Positions 52,569 to 64,000 of a DNA stretch of 64,000 nt are shown here, in pieces. Source of the stretch: Trichosphaerium sp. ATCC 40318 (taxonomy: Eukaryota; Protista; Tubulinea); NCBI GenBank assembly GCA_038496445.1, contig JALMLS010000278.1, positions 1-64,000 of the forward strand. The letters run 5' to 3'. Each line of letters starts with the position of its first letter. Position 1 is the stretch's first letter. A program made the position numbers and the translations under genes. The notes beneath the pieces are model-generated. The model had not been told where the DNA came from, made no database searches, and saw only the letters and a list, made by a program, of their open reading frames with translations.

Positions 52569-55205
52569 CTACCACTCTTCGTCATCATCATCAGACCAAT
52601 CACTTCCATCACTTTCATCTTCCATATTATCAGCTCGTAAATTATTTCTTCTGCTCTCTATAGCCTTTGAAAGAATACCTTTTCAAACATTAGAACACGT
52701 GCACAAAATAATTTCTTTTAACGTTAATACGTACCTGCAATACCGCTCAATTGACTGTTATCAAGCTTCTCAAGAGAAACATCCTTTGGATCCACCTAGG
52801 CATAGAATGTTAGTAATTTAAGCTCGTTATGAATGAAGCTTAAAAAGGTAACTGAATTCTTAGATAGTACTCACGTGTTTAAGTTTGACACCAGAAGCGA
52901 TCTCCTAATTGGAAATAAATATTACGAATTAACTAGATATTATAGAAGAAATAACGTACGCCCAATAAACCACCACGAGGAGCGGCAGGTTGTTTATCTT
53001 CATGTTCAACATGAGCTAACTTTTTACCCTTTAATTGATCAGCCAAACTTCCTCCGCTTGGAGCTACAGCTGCAGGTGGAGGTGGTGGAGGCGCTGGAGC
53101 ATTGGCATCAGCCTCTATGGCTGGAGGTGGTGGCGGCGGTGTTGGAGCGTTAGGATCTGGAGCAGTATCGACACCTACATCCTTTCCAAGAACAGGAGCT
53201 TTTTTGGCTGGCCTCTTTTTGCTGCGTTACAAGTTAGTATTACAATTACAAAGTTTTCTCCTTACGATCCTGGCTTTGGTGGTGCTGGTGGTGGAGGTAA
53301 TGATTTTTCGCCGGTAGGTGGAGGTGGAGGAGTAGCCATATCCTAAGAAAAAATAAGTTTCCGTGTTCTAATATATTGTTATAGTCTTACAGCTTCTCCT
53401 ACGCCACCATCTGCTGTTTGTTCAGCTACAATACCAAGTACCTAAAGAATAAGTATTAATAACCCGACAATATTTTTCACGTGAAAGACACGTGATTTTA
53501 TACCAGTCTAGCAACTTCAGGATCTAAAACGCAAAAAATTAGCTGAAAGCCACAGTGTTTTTTTTTGCTTACTCTGCGCCTCCTTTTTAGAAATACCGGC
53601 TTCTTTGAATAACTGCTTCCACTCTGGTGGCATATCTTTGATCTATGTTTTATAAGGTTCAAACTCGCTTATTCTTATCAACAAACCTCGAATCCTCCAG
53701 TTTTGGAATCAAAGCCAATATGTGTTGTTCTTTTGAATTCTCGAGGTGCCGATAGAGTAACTATTCAAACTTTCTTTTAGCGTATCTCATTTCTAAATTA
53801 AAACATTCGCTGGTTGACATACATCCGACTGCTACTTTGATAGCCTTCAATGCTTCTATAAATTCTCGTAATTCTTTGGATGTTTTACCCCACTCCATGA
53901 CTAAAATTAATAAAATTAGTCAAAAAAACCGGCGACATAGTTTGCGAGTTTGTTACGTACATTCACTTCTCTCTATTGCTCCATTTTTATTTGTATCGAC
54001 TTTTTTTAATACTACGTCAACGTAATTTTCTAGAGGATCCTTCTGTTTGCTCGCTACGGTTCGAAAACTTAGAACAATAAAACTTTAAAATAAACAAAGT
54101 ACATTTTCCTTTTGTAGCCCATTTTGGAAGCGTTATTGTGCTTACATCTTCGACTTCCTCAACGTGATTTGCTGGAGCGTATCCATGAGTCTTTCCCTTT
54201 TGAGTCCACCACCAACTTTCTGTATTCTCATTAGCTGAATCCAAGCACTGAAAAAAAAAAACCAAAAAGGCCGTAAGAGGCACCAATCGGTAAAGAAAAT
54301 ACAAAGGAAAAGTAACAATGCGCCCTTGTATTAATAGGAATAAGAGGATACTGTTTTGTTGGGTTTATAACGGTTTTAGAAAAAGATGTGAAGAGTGAGC
54401 AGTACCATCATTCTTTGCTTTTAGAATCATGATATCGCCAGCTTTGAAAGACAACTCTTGGTCTCCACCAGCGTCGTAATCAAAGTTAGCTTTTAAATAA
54501 GTCACAGAACCATCAGCTACAGCCTAAGAATAACATGTCAAAAGGACATGGTAACAATTGAAACCCCAAATGAACAACGAACGAAAAAGCGATTGATTTA
54601 AAAAAGTTACGTTTAGTTTTTTTCTTCAAAGGCGCACGTGCGCACTGATACATTACCTTTTGTTTCTTCTGTTTAGGTATGTAGGGTTCAAATAACTTTG
54701 ATGAAAGAATAGAGGCCAATTCTTTTTTAGATATAGCTCCAGTACCACTAGTATTAAACATCTTGAAGAGAACTAAAACACAAAAGAATTAAATTTAGAA
54801 AAAAAAAAGAGAAAACACCCTAAAACCCCACGTGATAACTTTGAACAATAATTTCCCGGTTCATGCGTACACTCAATCTTCTCCTTCTTTGTTCCCTTCT
54901 TGATTATAGCGAAGCCTGTTGCCCAATCCTCAAACACGAGCATCTTTTTACCGCAACATAGTCTCTTATAAAACCTCTTTGATAGAGTAGGGTACTCTGT
55001 TAAGAAGGCTTTACAGAAAGTCTTCTCATCAATTACTCCCTTTTTATTACATTGCGCTTGGAACTTCTCTCCGAGATCCTTTAGTTCAAACTCATCGACT
55101 TTTGATAGACGTTAGCTAAAATAAAGGAGAATCTATGATAAAACAAAAGAGAGGGTATGTACATCTCTTCTTGGCTATTTCGGGTACAACTTGCTTGCCA
55201 CCCAT
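52569..55205 (-). CDS. WASP-like nucleation-promoting factor with N-terminal myristoyl-EF-hand (NCS/CnB-like) and SH3 domains
   Basis: Spliced: MGGKQ..; KGTKKEKIEFLFKMFNTSGTGAISKKEL (EF3); KANFDYDAGGDQELSFKAGD..SWWW..GYAPANHV (SH3); DTNKNGAIERSE (EF4); LSAPREFKRTTHIGFD..MPPEWKQLFKEAGIS (CRIB/GBD); poly-Pro; two WH2; ILSKAIESRR (C); DESDGSDWSDDDDEEW* (A). Confidence 0.85.
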
Positions 55206-55675
55206 CGCTCCTGTAACCAGATTGGTTCACACCAGACCTTACAAGACTAAAGTAGGATAAAACACAAAACGAAAAAAAAAGCAGCAAATACGAATAGTGG
55301 TCACGTGATTATTTGATGAGCTTTTTCCTTTCAAAGTAAGTCGGTTTTCAACTTTTACGGTAAACGTAATCGCTGAATCCAGCTCAACCAGTTAAGGTAA
55401 TGTCGTGAAGTAGTGTCTCAAAAATAATGCAAAATGGAGACAATGAAGAAGTTGCTAAAATGTCTATGATATGGATAGTACTTTTATCTTTTCGTTGGCC
55501 TTTTACAGTAGCATTGGTACTTCTTGGACATACTTACAACCAAGAAAATTTTATAGAAGACCCAGAGAGGGTTGTACCAATCGTACTTTCACAATTTACT
55601 CCAATTGTACTCCGTGGGTAACAAAGAGTCCTGGAATTCTTGCTGTCAGAAAGGCAAAGTGCGAATTTCGTGTAT

Positions 55676-56879
55676 TCATACACTTGTTACATTTGGATCC
55701 ATAGAAAATATAGCAGCAATGGCAAGGTGATCTGAAGGGTAATATGCTGCAGGTAATCTCTCAGGAAGTGATTCCTTCTTTGGGATTTCAAGAACTTCAC
55801 AAAGACCTAACTCTTTAGGATTATAAAATATATAATCAATAGTATGACAAAGCTCAACCGCTAGAAACACAACAGACGTAAGAATCGTTTAAAACTTGTT
55901 TAGTAAAGTATCTTACCTCGCTTCTTGAACGTAGAGAACTCTGAGCGCTCCGTAGCTCCATAACACGACGTCAAAGGACCAATAGGTTGCGTACTGCAAA
56001 AAAAAATAAGTAAAACAATGACGTGACTTGATGCAAACTTACTGGGTTTTATCGCCAATAGTAACGCTTCCTTTGGTAACCAGAGTATGTACTAAGCTAT
56101 CTGGAGTAGCATTGAAATCGCCAAGGACAATAACAGGTAGTTGCTCGGTGTTATACTTGTGAATTTGTTTCAACAAAATATTTCCTTGACGCGATCGTTT
56201 CTCGCATAATCCTGGACCCATCTTCGCTTTCAAGTGTGTAAGAGCAACACATAATCCCTAAGTACAGTTTAAGCATAATGAAGATGATCAACAAGTACTT
56301 TGTGATTGCTTTTTGTAGGAACCAAAGTGGCGATTATTGCAACCTGTGATGCTCCTTTATCTCCAAGGTCCGTGTATTTTACGTCCAACTTGCTTTTAAG
56401 CGTAAAAGATGAGGTGTCATAAAACAAAGCGCAACCATCGTATGAACCGCCTCCTTTTTTGTGAAATACACCCGCGTATCCTTTTATGGTTAATGGGAAT
56501 CACGAATAGCATGTACCTTTAGGTTTTAGCGCTGTTTCAAAATAATTAAACTTATCGCATTCTTCTAGCGCTATAATATCGTGATGGTGTTCGCATATCG
56601 CAGCTAATACCATTGGGCCTCTATTAAACCGTTTTTAGTTTTGTGTTTTACGTAGACTGTTCGCCTAATACCTTCTATCCCATGGTAAAACTGACTGATC
56701 AGTATGAGGGAATGCTAGTTTGCCATGCATAGAGGATTGAGACAAAGAATCAGCCAAGACGTTAAATTGCAGCACAGATACTTTATCAGCTAATAAACGT
56801 TAGTTCGCGTTAACCATACATACGTTCTACCATTGCTAGTTGCTAATTTTCGAAATGATCGAGCTACCAACGTGGTCAT
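55676..56879 (-). CDS. NOCT: Nocturnin/CCR4-like EEP-family phosphatase
   Basis: VLQFNVLADSL, DIIALEECD, DGCALFY, THLKAK, VLGDFNATPD, TIDYIFY, YPSDHL. Confidence 0.85.
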
Positions 56880-57238
56880 TTTTTTCACAGATTTTCTTTC
56901 TTGCGTTTAAAAGAAGTCCCAACGGACTTGGTTTGACTATAAATACTGTGCTAGCAACTCTCTAGCAAAGTATAAATACAAAGCACCAGATGACGGAGAT
57001 TAATGCCATTTCCTCGGCAAATTTTTGGAATCACGTGACTTGCACAACTTTAACTGTTTTCCCGGTTTTTTGTCATTTCTTCAAGCTAGAGACGTTTGAA
57101 CCGCAAGTCCTTTCGACAGGACAATGTGTTGGTAGTTACACACGCAAACAACTTCATTGATACTGTAGTCAATTCTGCGATCGGAGTACCCTTTTATTAA
57201 AAGTGTACAAGACTATGGCTGCAAACAGTGAATCAACA

Positions 57239-58111
57239 TCAATGTTGCTTTTCGCAAAAATGAATCGCCATCGGACCATTTCCTGTGGACTGATACCATA
57301 TTGTAAATATCGTACAACTCTTTCTGTCCCACAAAGGCCACTCGCGTTGTAAGTATCTGTATAAACAATGTTCATCACGTGGTACAAAGTACTTGAACGT
57401 AAATATGCGGCTTGCTTTGCAACAACGAACTGTTTTGTTCGTATCTCTAAATAAACATTTGAAGCAGTAGCTCTTGTTATTCAATGAACAACATCCATCT
57501 TGCTCGCCGCATTCTGTACATAGTAGTTTGATAACTTGTTTCTCTGATAAATACTCTTGTCTTTCAATGTATTGACTAGTGCACTCTCTACAAAGTCTCA
57601 TAGCATCAACCACTGTAGACACGAAAGCAGAGCATATGTGGCATTTCATACCATAAGGTAGACTAACACTGTCAAGATGTGCGAGTTTGTTCCACTTTTC
57701 TGCACTGCCAGGTTTGTAAGGACAGCGTTGATGCTGTGATTTATGAACGCGACAAGCTTTATCAAAAGTAATCATGGCATCCTGGAACGAAAGCTTTTGA
57801 CCATGGAACTGCTCGTTGTATCTTGAATAAACGAATACATATCTGTTATCCCTGAGAATCGGTACAAGCATTGGTAGACGTTTAGGGCATAAAATAGAGA
57901 GGTAGTGAAGGTTTGGAAGCAAGTTATCATCATCACCAATAAAGTCATTTACATACTGTAGGCAATCTTTACTTGTTAATTTAAGCTGTATAATACTCCA
58001 AATGTTTGTACGGAGAAGTATATCGAGTATTATAACAAAGGCATCGTAATAAAGTGTTGAGAGCGTTACCACATCTTCTTCAAACTCTGGCTGTTTTTTA
58101 TTAGAATTCAT
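57239..58111 (-). CDS. Intronless hypothetical protein, F-box-like N-terminus and multiple CxxC motifs
   Basis: 290-aa uninterrupted ORF; YDAFVIILDIL..QLKLTSK; CHIC, CREC, CTEC, CFKC. Confidence 0.6.
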   Translation of the reverse strand: MNSNKKQPEFEEDVVTLSTLYYDAFVIILDILLRTNIWSIIQLKLTSKDCLQYVNDFIGDDDNLLPNLHYLSILCPKRLPMLVPILRDNRYVFVYSRYNEQFHGQKLSFQDAMITFDKACRVHKSQHQRCPYKPGSAEKWNKLAHLDSVSLPYGMKCHICSAFVSTVVDAMRLCRECTSQYIERQEYLSEKQVIKLLCTECGEQDGCCSLNNKSYCFKCLFRDTNKTVRCCKASRIFTFKYFVPRDEHCLYRYLQREWPLWDRKSCTIFTIWYQSTGNGPMAIHFCEKQH

Positions 58112-58408
58112 CCTAACGTAGTGGGTTGGTAATGGTACTGATACTGCAGTAGTAATAATTGGGTTACCCGTTGCCGTATTAATAAATGTACATATGAGAG
58201 TTGATGCAAGAGCGTTGGTTTGAAAGATTCTATTACAACTGTTGAAAATAAAGTGGGCACGTCACTAATCACTGAAGGGTACTTAGTTGAATGTTCCTAC
58301 TCGCTACTTTCATACAATAAAATAAAATAATTTTTTTGCAGATATAAATCACGTGATGCATGTTTACGAAACGTGTATAAAAACTTGTGACTCACAAGTT
58401 AAAGAAAC

Positions 58409-58954
58409 TTGCAATGTTTATTTGATTTACGGGCAGCCTGTAATCGTGGGGAAATTGTAAAGTTCATGGTGATAGAAGCTTCTATCACTGCTGAAGGAAT
58501 CAAGTTGCTCAATGTAGTTCATACCATAAAGTTTGCTAATTTAGAAAAAAACAATGACAGAAAGAGTAAATACAAATTCTTATCAGAAACAATCTAGGAT
58601 CTTGCTCAATACCTTAACAAAAAACTAACTTCTTTTACAAGCTAAAAACTCGGAAGACAAATGGTTAAAACATCTCGCAAATGTTCACACTGTCTATGCT
58701 TATGGGAAGTACCTTACTGATGATGGAATAAAAGAATTGGTAAGTGTCACTGTCAAACACTTGGAATTAGGTATATGCCCAAACATAAAAGATGAAGGGT
58801 GAAGACGTTAGTCAATCTTGAATATCTTCAATTATGAATGTGTAAACATAGCACCATTGTGCCTGCAATACATGGAGTCTCTTAAATTTATTACAGTCTA
58901 CGGAGATTCAAATATTATTACACAAGATGATACTGAGGAATGGGGTATAATCTA
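58409..58954 (+). pseudogene. Degenerate intronless LRR gene
   Basis: ITAEGIKLLNVVHTI, LTDDGIKEL..HLELGICPNIKDEG, VKTLVNLEYL across stops and frameshifts. Confidence 0.5.
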
Positions 58955-59048
58955 GATTGTAGAAAATGAACTAAAAAATACCAGCACTTGCAAATTTATT
59001 AAATTTATTTCAAACAACTAGACGAAAATAAAGCAACACCTCTTCACA

Positions 59049-61200
59049 TCAAAAGGGTAGACCACGAATAAACTGTTTGCATATTTCTTCTGATATCAAT
59101 TTCCAATGACTCTTGAAATCACCACTAACTCTGGCTGTCATCCTCACTCAATTCTTGTTTAGGTTGGTTTTGTGATATCACATTCTTCTTTCAAATGTAG
59201 GGCCACGGCGCTTTCTCTAATACGCAAAGGCACGTTTTGGTGCTTCTTTGTTTCATGAAGCCGAAGCAGCCATCCAACCACACCACAGTCTATTTCATAA
59301 CTAGTTCAGGGATTTGTATCAAACCGCTCATGCATGTGTTTCACTCATGCACATCTTGACAGTCTGAGATAGCCATCTATTTCAAAACATTAGCGATTAC
59401 ACCTTGGATGAGTTGGATGTTTTACCTTTGCTTAGACTTGAATACGGCTTGCTTTTGCCAAGCCCAGTTATGTTTAGGAAAAGCAAGTTGTAACGCACTG
59501 TGGAAGTGTGGTACAAACCCGCTAACGCCGAGGTTCATGATTTGGGAAAAAGATACATCATACCTTGTAATAAAATTAGTAAGAGTACTCCATCATCAAG
59601 TACAGAACGTTGTCTCCGTGTAAGTCCAAAACAAGGCAAAAAAAAAATCAAAAAAGCCATATTATTGTCACGTGCAACTGCCAGTGACAGAAAAATATGA
59701 TTTTTTGGAAGCATAATAAACAAGGCATACCATCTATCCATAGTTGTTATCTTAAACTTATCTCTGATAACCTCAATGAACTTTACTTGATTTTCCACAT
59801 TCCATGATTGTTTAAAACGTAGTTTATTCTCCCAGTTATAATCAGGGTAGAGCACCTTCAAACAAGCAATCTTAGAGTCACCATAACTAATAACATAATC
59901 GTAAGAAAGAAATACTCATCAAAATCTGAAGGAGCGTACACTCTAAGCAAGCCACCAGCTTGTACGTCATGGAGTTGTTCTTGAGTTATAGGTGCCCAAT
60001 CACTAAATTGTTTTATACCAAGACGCTGAGCAATGTCTTCGAGTACAATACTATGATTATCAAAGTTGTCCCAGAAACCCATTGGAGAAACGCTACAATC
60101 AACTTTAGATATTCCACCTAATAACTGAAGTTGACTTTTAATTAACTTACGTGAAGCGCCATGCCTTCCATGCGAAGTTAGGATACAAATCTTGTAGGCA
60201 ACGCAGAAAAGAATTATTGTAACTACAAAAAAATAAGCTCATAATCGCACGTGAGAGAAGAGAAGACAAAAAAAAAAACCGACGAAAAATATGTACCAAG
60301 CAAGTAAAGTTGAAAACGAATCAATTTGTTTACCGGATACGTTATACCAATCACTCAGAATATGTATGTGAAGAGACTAAGAAGTACTAGTGTTATAGAA
60401 ACGCAATGACAAATAGTGCAAATGAACATACCTTTGCAACACGTTCCATATCACTTCTTTTGTTTTCTTTATTTGACCAAAAAAATACTGGAAGATGCCT
60501 TTACATCGAAAGTAAACATCTTTTTGGAATGTCTTGAGTCTAAACGTACTTGAAATACTTTCCATGCCACTCACGATGAGGATAAAGACTCTTTAAACAC
60601 CTCACAAAGGAGTTTTCATACCTTTTATGCTCAAAGTCAGAAAAAACGTGAAACAAAAATAGCGCTGTGCAGAACGTACAACATTAGTAATCCGTGCGCG
60701 CCAGCGTCAATTAGCTCAGACAAGCCGTAGTCATACCAATCATCCAAGTGTTTGACGCCAAGATAGCGTCCTATGCCATCAAGACCACGAAGACGGTTTT
60801 CAATGGAGTGCCAGAACCCGTTTGGAGCCTTACTAAAGCCATTTAATGCGTGAATAAGCGTGTCAAAATAACACCAAAGCGTTATCAGTTTACTTGCTTG
60901 AAACTTACTCAAACCGCCATGGTTCCCATTTGTATGATATGTAGGTTGAAATTAAGCACGATGAGAGAGAATCGTACCTGCTGTAAATTAAAACGTGCTT
61001 TTCGTACATCTAGCGCACCCATCCATTGCTGAAGAGTATCCATGGCGATATACCGTCTCTTTACTTACACTATACCACCTGTCCATTGTATGTAATGTCA
61101 AAACTGCAGCACACTCTTCTAAAATAGCCAATCTATTCGACAGCGTTTGTCGCACACGCTGACGAGCTATTGGAAGTTTTCTAACCGCAAGGCCTTTCAT
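59049..61200 (-). CDS. Repeat protein (GFW..N....D.I...LG.....DWY......GLL..Y unit); 3' end approximate
   Basis: About five copies of the unit, e.g. GFWHSIENRLRGLDGIGRYLGVKHLDDWY and GFWDNFDNHSIVLEDIAQRLGIKQFSDW; Arg-rich N-terminus. Confidence 0.7.
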
Positions 61201-61897
61201 CGTTACAAAAACCAACGAAAACACCAATTGGGGCGCGCCAGTTGTAAATTATCACCCCGTTGCGGTAGCGATCAAAAAAACACAAATGCTTAAGCGCGAG
61301 TAAGTGTGTATAAGTGAATTGGAGTTTTGAACGGCGTACAGCATAGGCGACCTGTTGAGGGACCTATATTTACACTCAAACAAGGTGGAGACATCAAAGC
61401 TACTTTCAGGTGAACAATTACTCCCCAAAACCGCCAGATGGACCTTCACGAAACCATACCGCATTTAAATGCCCGCGAACGCGTCGATCTAGCTTTAGAA
61501 CGACTGAGCGCTAATAAAAACGGCGCTACAGTCCCAGAAATACAACAGCTCATAGACAGGTGCCAATAGGATTATAAAAAATTCCTTTTTGTAAATTATT
61601 TAAATCTTTACGTTCTTTCTAGTCATCTTAAAGAGCACCAACCTAAATCACGCGCACCATATATACAAAGAATATTACAAGAGGTACGACGAGTAGCTGA
61701 AATTTTACTACAACGGAAATTTGCTTCCACAAAGCAGGAGTCGTTTTTTTCTTCACGACGCGTTGCAAATGTCGGTTTTATAGCATGGCGACGTTTCTGT
61801 TTAAGAATCAAAATGTCGCTCGAAAACACACTTTTGAGCTTTGCTTCCTGAAACAAACAATGTGCGTTGTGTTGTTCCTCACAACAGTGATTAGGGT

Positions 61898-64000
61898 ATG
61901 AACTACAAATGGTTCAAGCAAATAGGACGTCAAAGATGGGCTTGGGGCGAATGTCGATTTCAAGCGGAGGAAGACTATAAATACCTTGCTGCAAGTCTTC
62001 CTACAGGTTCTTATGTACCAAGGAGGATGCAATATATGAGAAATAGATACATACGACATAAGAAGACAGGGATCTTATCATCAGAGAGAGCTCTTTTACA
62101 AAAAAAGGTAGCAGCAGCTCAAGAAAAACGTTCAGTTATTTCATCCCAACCTGTATCAAAGTTACCACCCTGGGGGAATACACTACCTCCTCTGACGCGT
62201 TACGAATGTCCACCTAAACTACTACCTTCTGTACCACAACAACAAGTTCAGACCCAACAAGTACAAGAGATGAAGAAAGAACCACAAACACATCAACCTA
62301 AAGTGAACATATGTAGCCTGCCTATACTACAAAAACCACCTCCTTCTTCTGTACCTGATTCAGATATGGTTGATATGGTTGATATGGATGATGGAGAATC
62401 ATTGGATGCTTGGAAAGAGTTCGATCACACAGACTGTTCAATTGACGATGTACGTTGGCAGTTTTTTTTTTTGTGTTTTATTTAAAAGCCATTTTCTTTG
62501 TATTGACCTGTTGTCTTTGTAGCAAGAAGAAGGTGATTCTGATGCTTGGGAGGGTGAGTCCAATGTCGTGATAGAGGCAGATTATTCCGGTCTTTCTTGT
62601 ATACCACGGGCCAAGGGATTGGGTACTTATAGCCGTGTACGTTGTATAGAAGTGTTTTAATTCAAAAAATTACTTTGGCTCATTCTAATTCCTTTTAAGG
62701 GTTGGTCCAATAAGGTGCTTTTACTTGATGACAAGAGGCGCGCAATATTCAATAGCATATTAGCACGCCCTCACCGACACAAAGAGTGCGTTAACGCCTA
62801 AAACACGCGAATTTCTTTACGATATTTTTTTTCTGTTAAAATTATTTCGAGATTTTTTTCAGCTTTTGTTCACAATTTTCAAGCTCGCCGTTACCTCTTT
62901 GGGTTTTGTTGTTTAAATAGCTAATTGGCTTTTTAAGGTATCAATGGACAGACGTACTTTTCTCTCATAAAACCAAGACTACTACGAGGACTGTTAGAAA
63001 GGTAATAAATCAACTAAATCAGCTGTTTAAATCAATTTTTTTTTTCAATTTTGGTTGTGCTTTTTTCGTTCACACGTTACCCATTGTGTCATAATTGACT
63101 TGCCACCCAGGGTTACAAAAAAACAAATGGAACACCTATATTTATAGCCGGCAAATTTATTGAATACACCATGTCGGAATGTCCTAGTTCAAAATTTTTA
63201 TATCTTATTGATGAAATTCATATTATGCTTGAGTTGAAGAATTTGAAGCATATTGTACAACTTATAGACTACTATGTCGATCCTGTAGTACGTATTTATT
63301 CTACCATGTTGTATGCCTACGCTTGGTGTTAATATGGTTTTGTTTAGAAGCTTGCTTTGGTCATTGTTATGCCTCTTTTGGCTCGATGTTTACCAAACCC
63401 AAAACAATATAATATATGCGCTAAACAGTTGATTACTGCTACAGCAAATATGCATAGAAGTGGTTACTTGCACCACGATATAAAGCGAGGTAATGTAATG
63501 TGGGAAAAGGAAGGAGAGGTACGTCACAGCGTCCGACTTTTTAATAGAACGTTCCTTTTTTTGTTGACTTTTTTTTGTATTAGAGTATTTGTTTAATTGA
63601 CTTTGGGATAAGTCGTCCGTTTTCTAATCTATGTAAACATACACCTGATTTTATACCTGGTACACCAAAGTACAGACCAAAGGATCTTTGTTGCACAAAG
63701 GCTTTTGATGGCTATGGTGTAGGCAAGACAATAGAGCGGTGGATTGAGGTACAATAGTTTTTTTTTCTTTGCTTTTTTTTATGCTTTTCTCACTCCTTTT
63801 GTTTCAGCTCTCTGGAACTCCACTTCCAAAAGATCGAGCCCGGTTAGAAGCATTAGTTCGAGTTTTAACAACAGAAAGTCGAGCGAGCAGGATGGATTTA
63901 GAGTCAGTTTTGCGACGAAGCGATGAGTTTTTTGGAACGAGTTGGACAGAGTCAAGCTCTGATTGGAGTGACGCTGATGCTGAGGATGATGACGATGACG
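61898..64000 (+). CDS. Divergent Ser/Thr protein kinase, runs off the window; linkage of the 5' exons is uncertain
   Basis: IAGK..EIHIMLEL..HIVQLIDY..IVMP..MHRSGYLHHDIKRGNVMW..LIDFGIS..GTPKY; Pro/Gln-rich upstream exon. Confidence 0.75.

Noticed and set aside
52833-53346. Gly- and Trp-rich + strand ORFs
   Set aside because: Antisense shadows of the poly-Pro region of the WASP-like gene.

Overview
This is gene-dense, AT-rich eukaryotic DNA with many short GT-AG introns (mostly ~40-100 nt), so the supplied ORF track only captures exon fragments. I rebuilt gene models by splicing by eye; exon edges and some start codons are approximate. The gene set (Integrator INTS1, a WASP-type CRIB-WH2-acidic protein, a Zn2Cys6 factor, RGS, hPMS1-type MutL) suggests a free-living protist, possibly an amoebozoan (inference). 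Ordinary genes include GNL3/nucleostemin (split), PPTase, a GT61 glycosyltransferase, INTS1, an Srs2/UvrD helicase, RGS, PMS1, an F-box/NHL protein, a thioesterase, nocturnin and a kinase. Five things stand out. (1) A stress cassette (atypical BiP-like Hsp70, an 18-Cys metallothionein missed by the ORF track, a GHL15/GH168-like hydrolase and a GST) is present as ~3.3 kb inverted arms plus remnant fragments, beside a Zn2Cys6 gene. The metallothionein promoter carries a conserved array of CAGGG-N(3-7)-CCCTG palindromes. (2) A WASP-like Arp2/3 activator has its WH1 domain replaced by a myristoylated NCS/calcineurin-B-like EF-hand module with an SH3 domain inserted between EF3 and EF4. (3) CACGTG is roughly 10-fold over-represented, largely in introns and intergenic DNA. 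(4) A 2-TM ectodomain is fused to a Bax inhibitor-1 domain. (5) A 2.6 kb duplication with microhomology junctions breaks GNL3 and may be an assembly artefact. I saw no rRNA, tRNA, CRISPR array or transposase.
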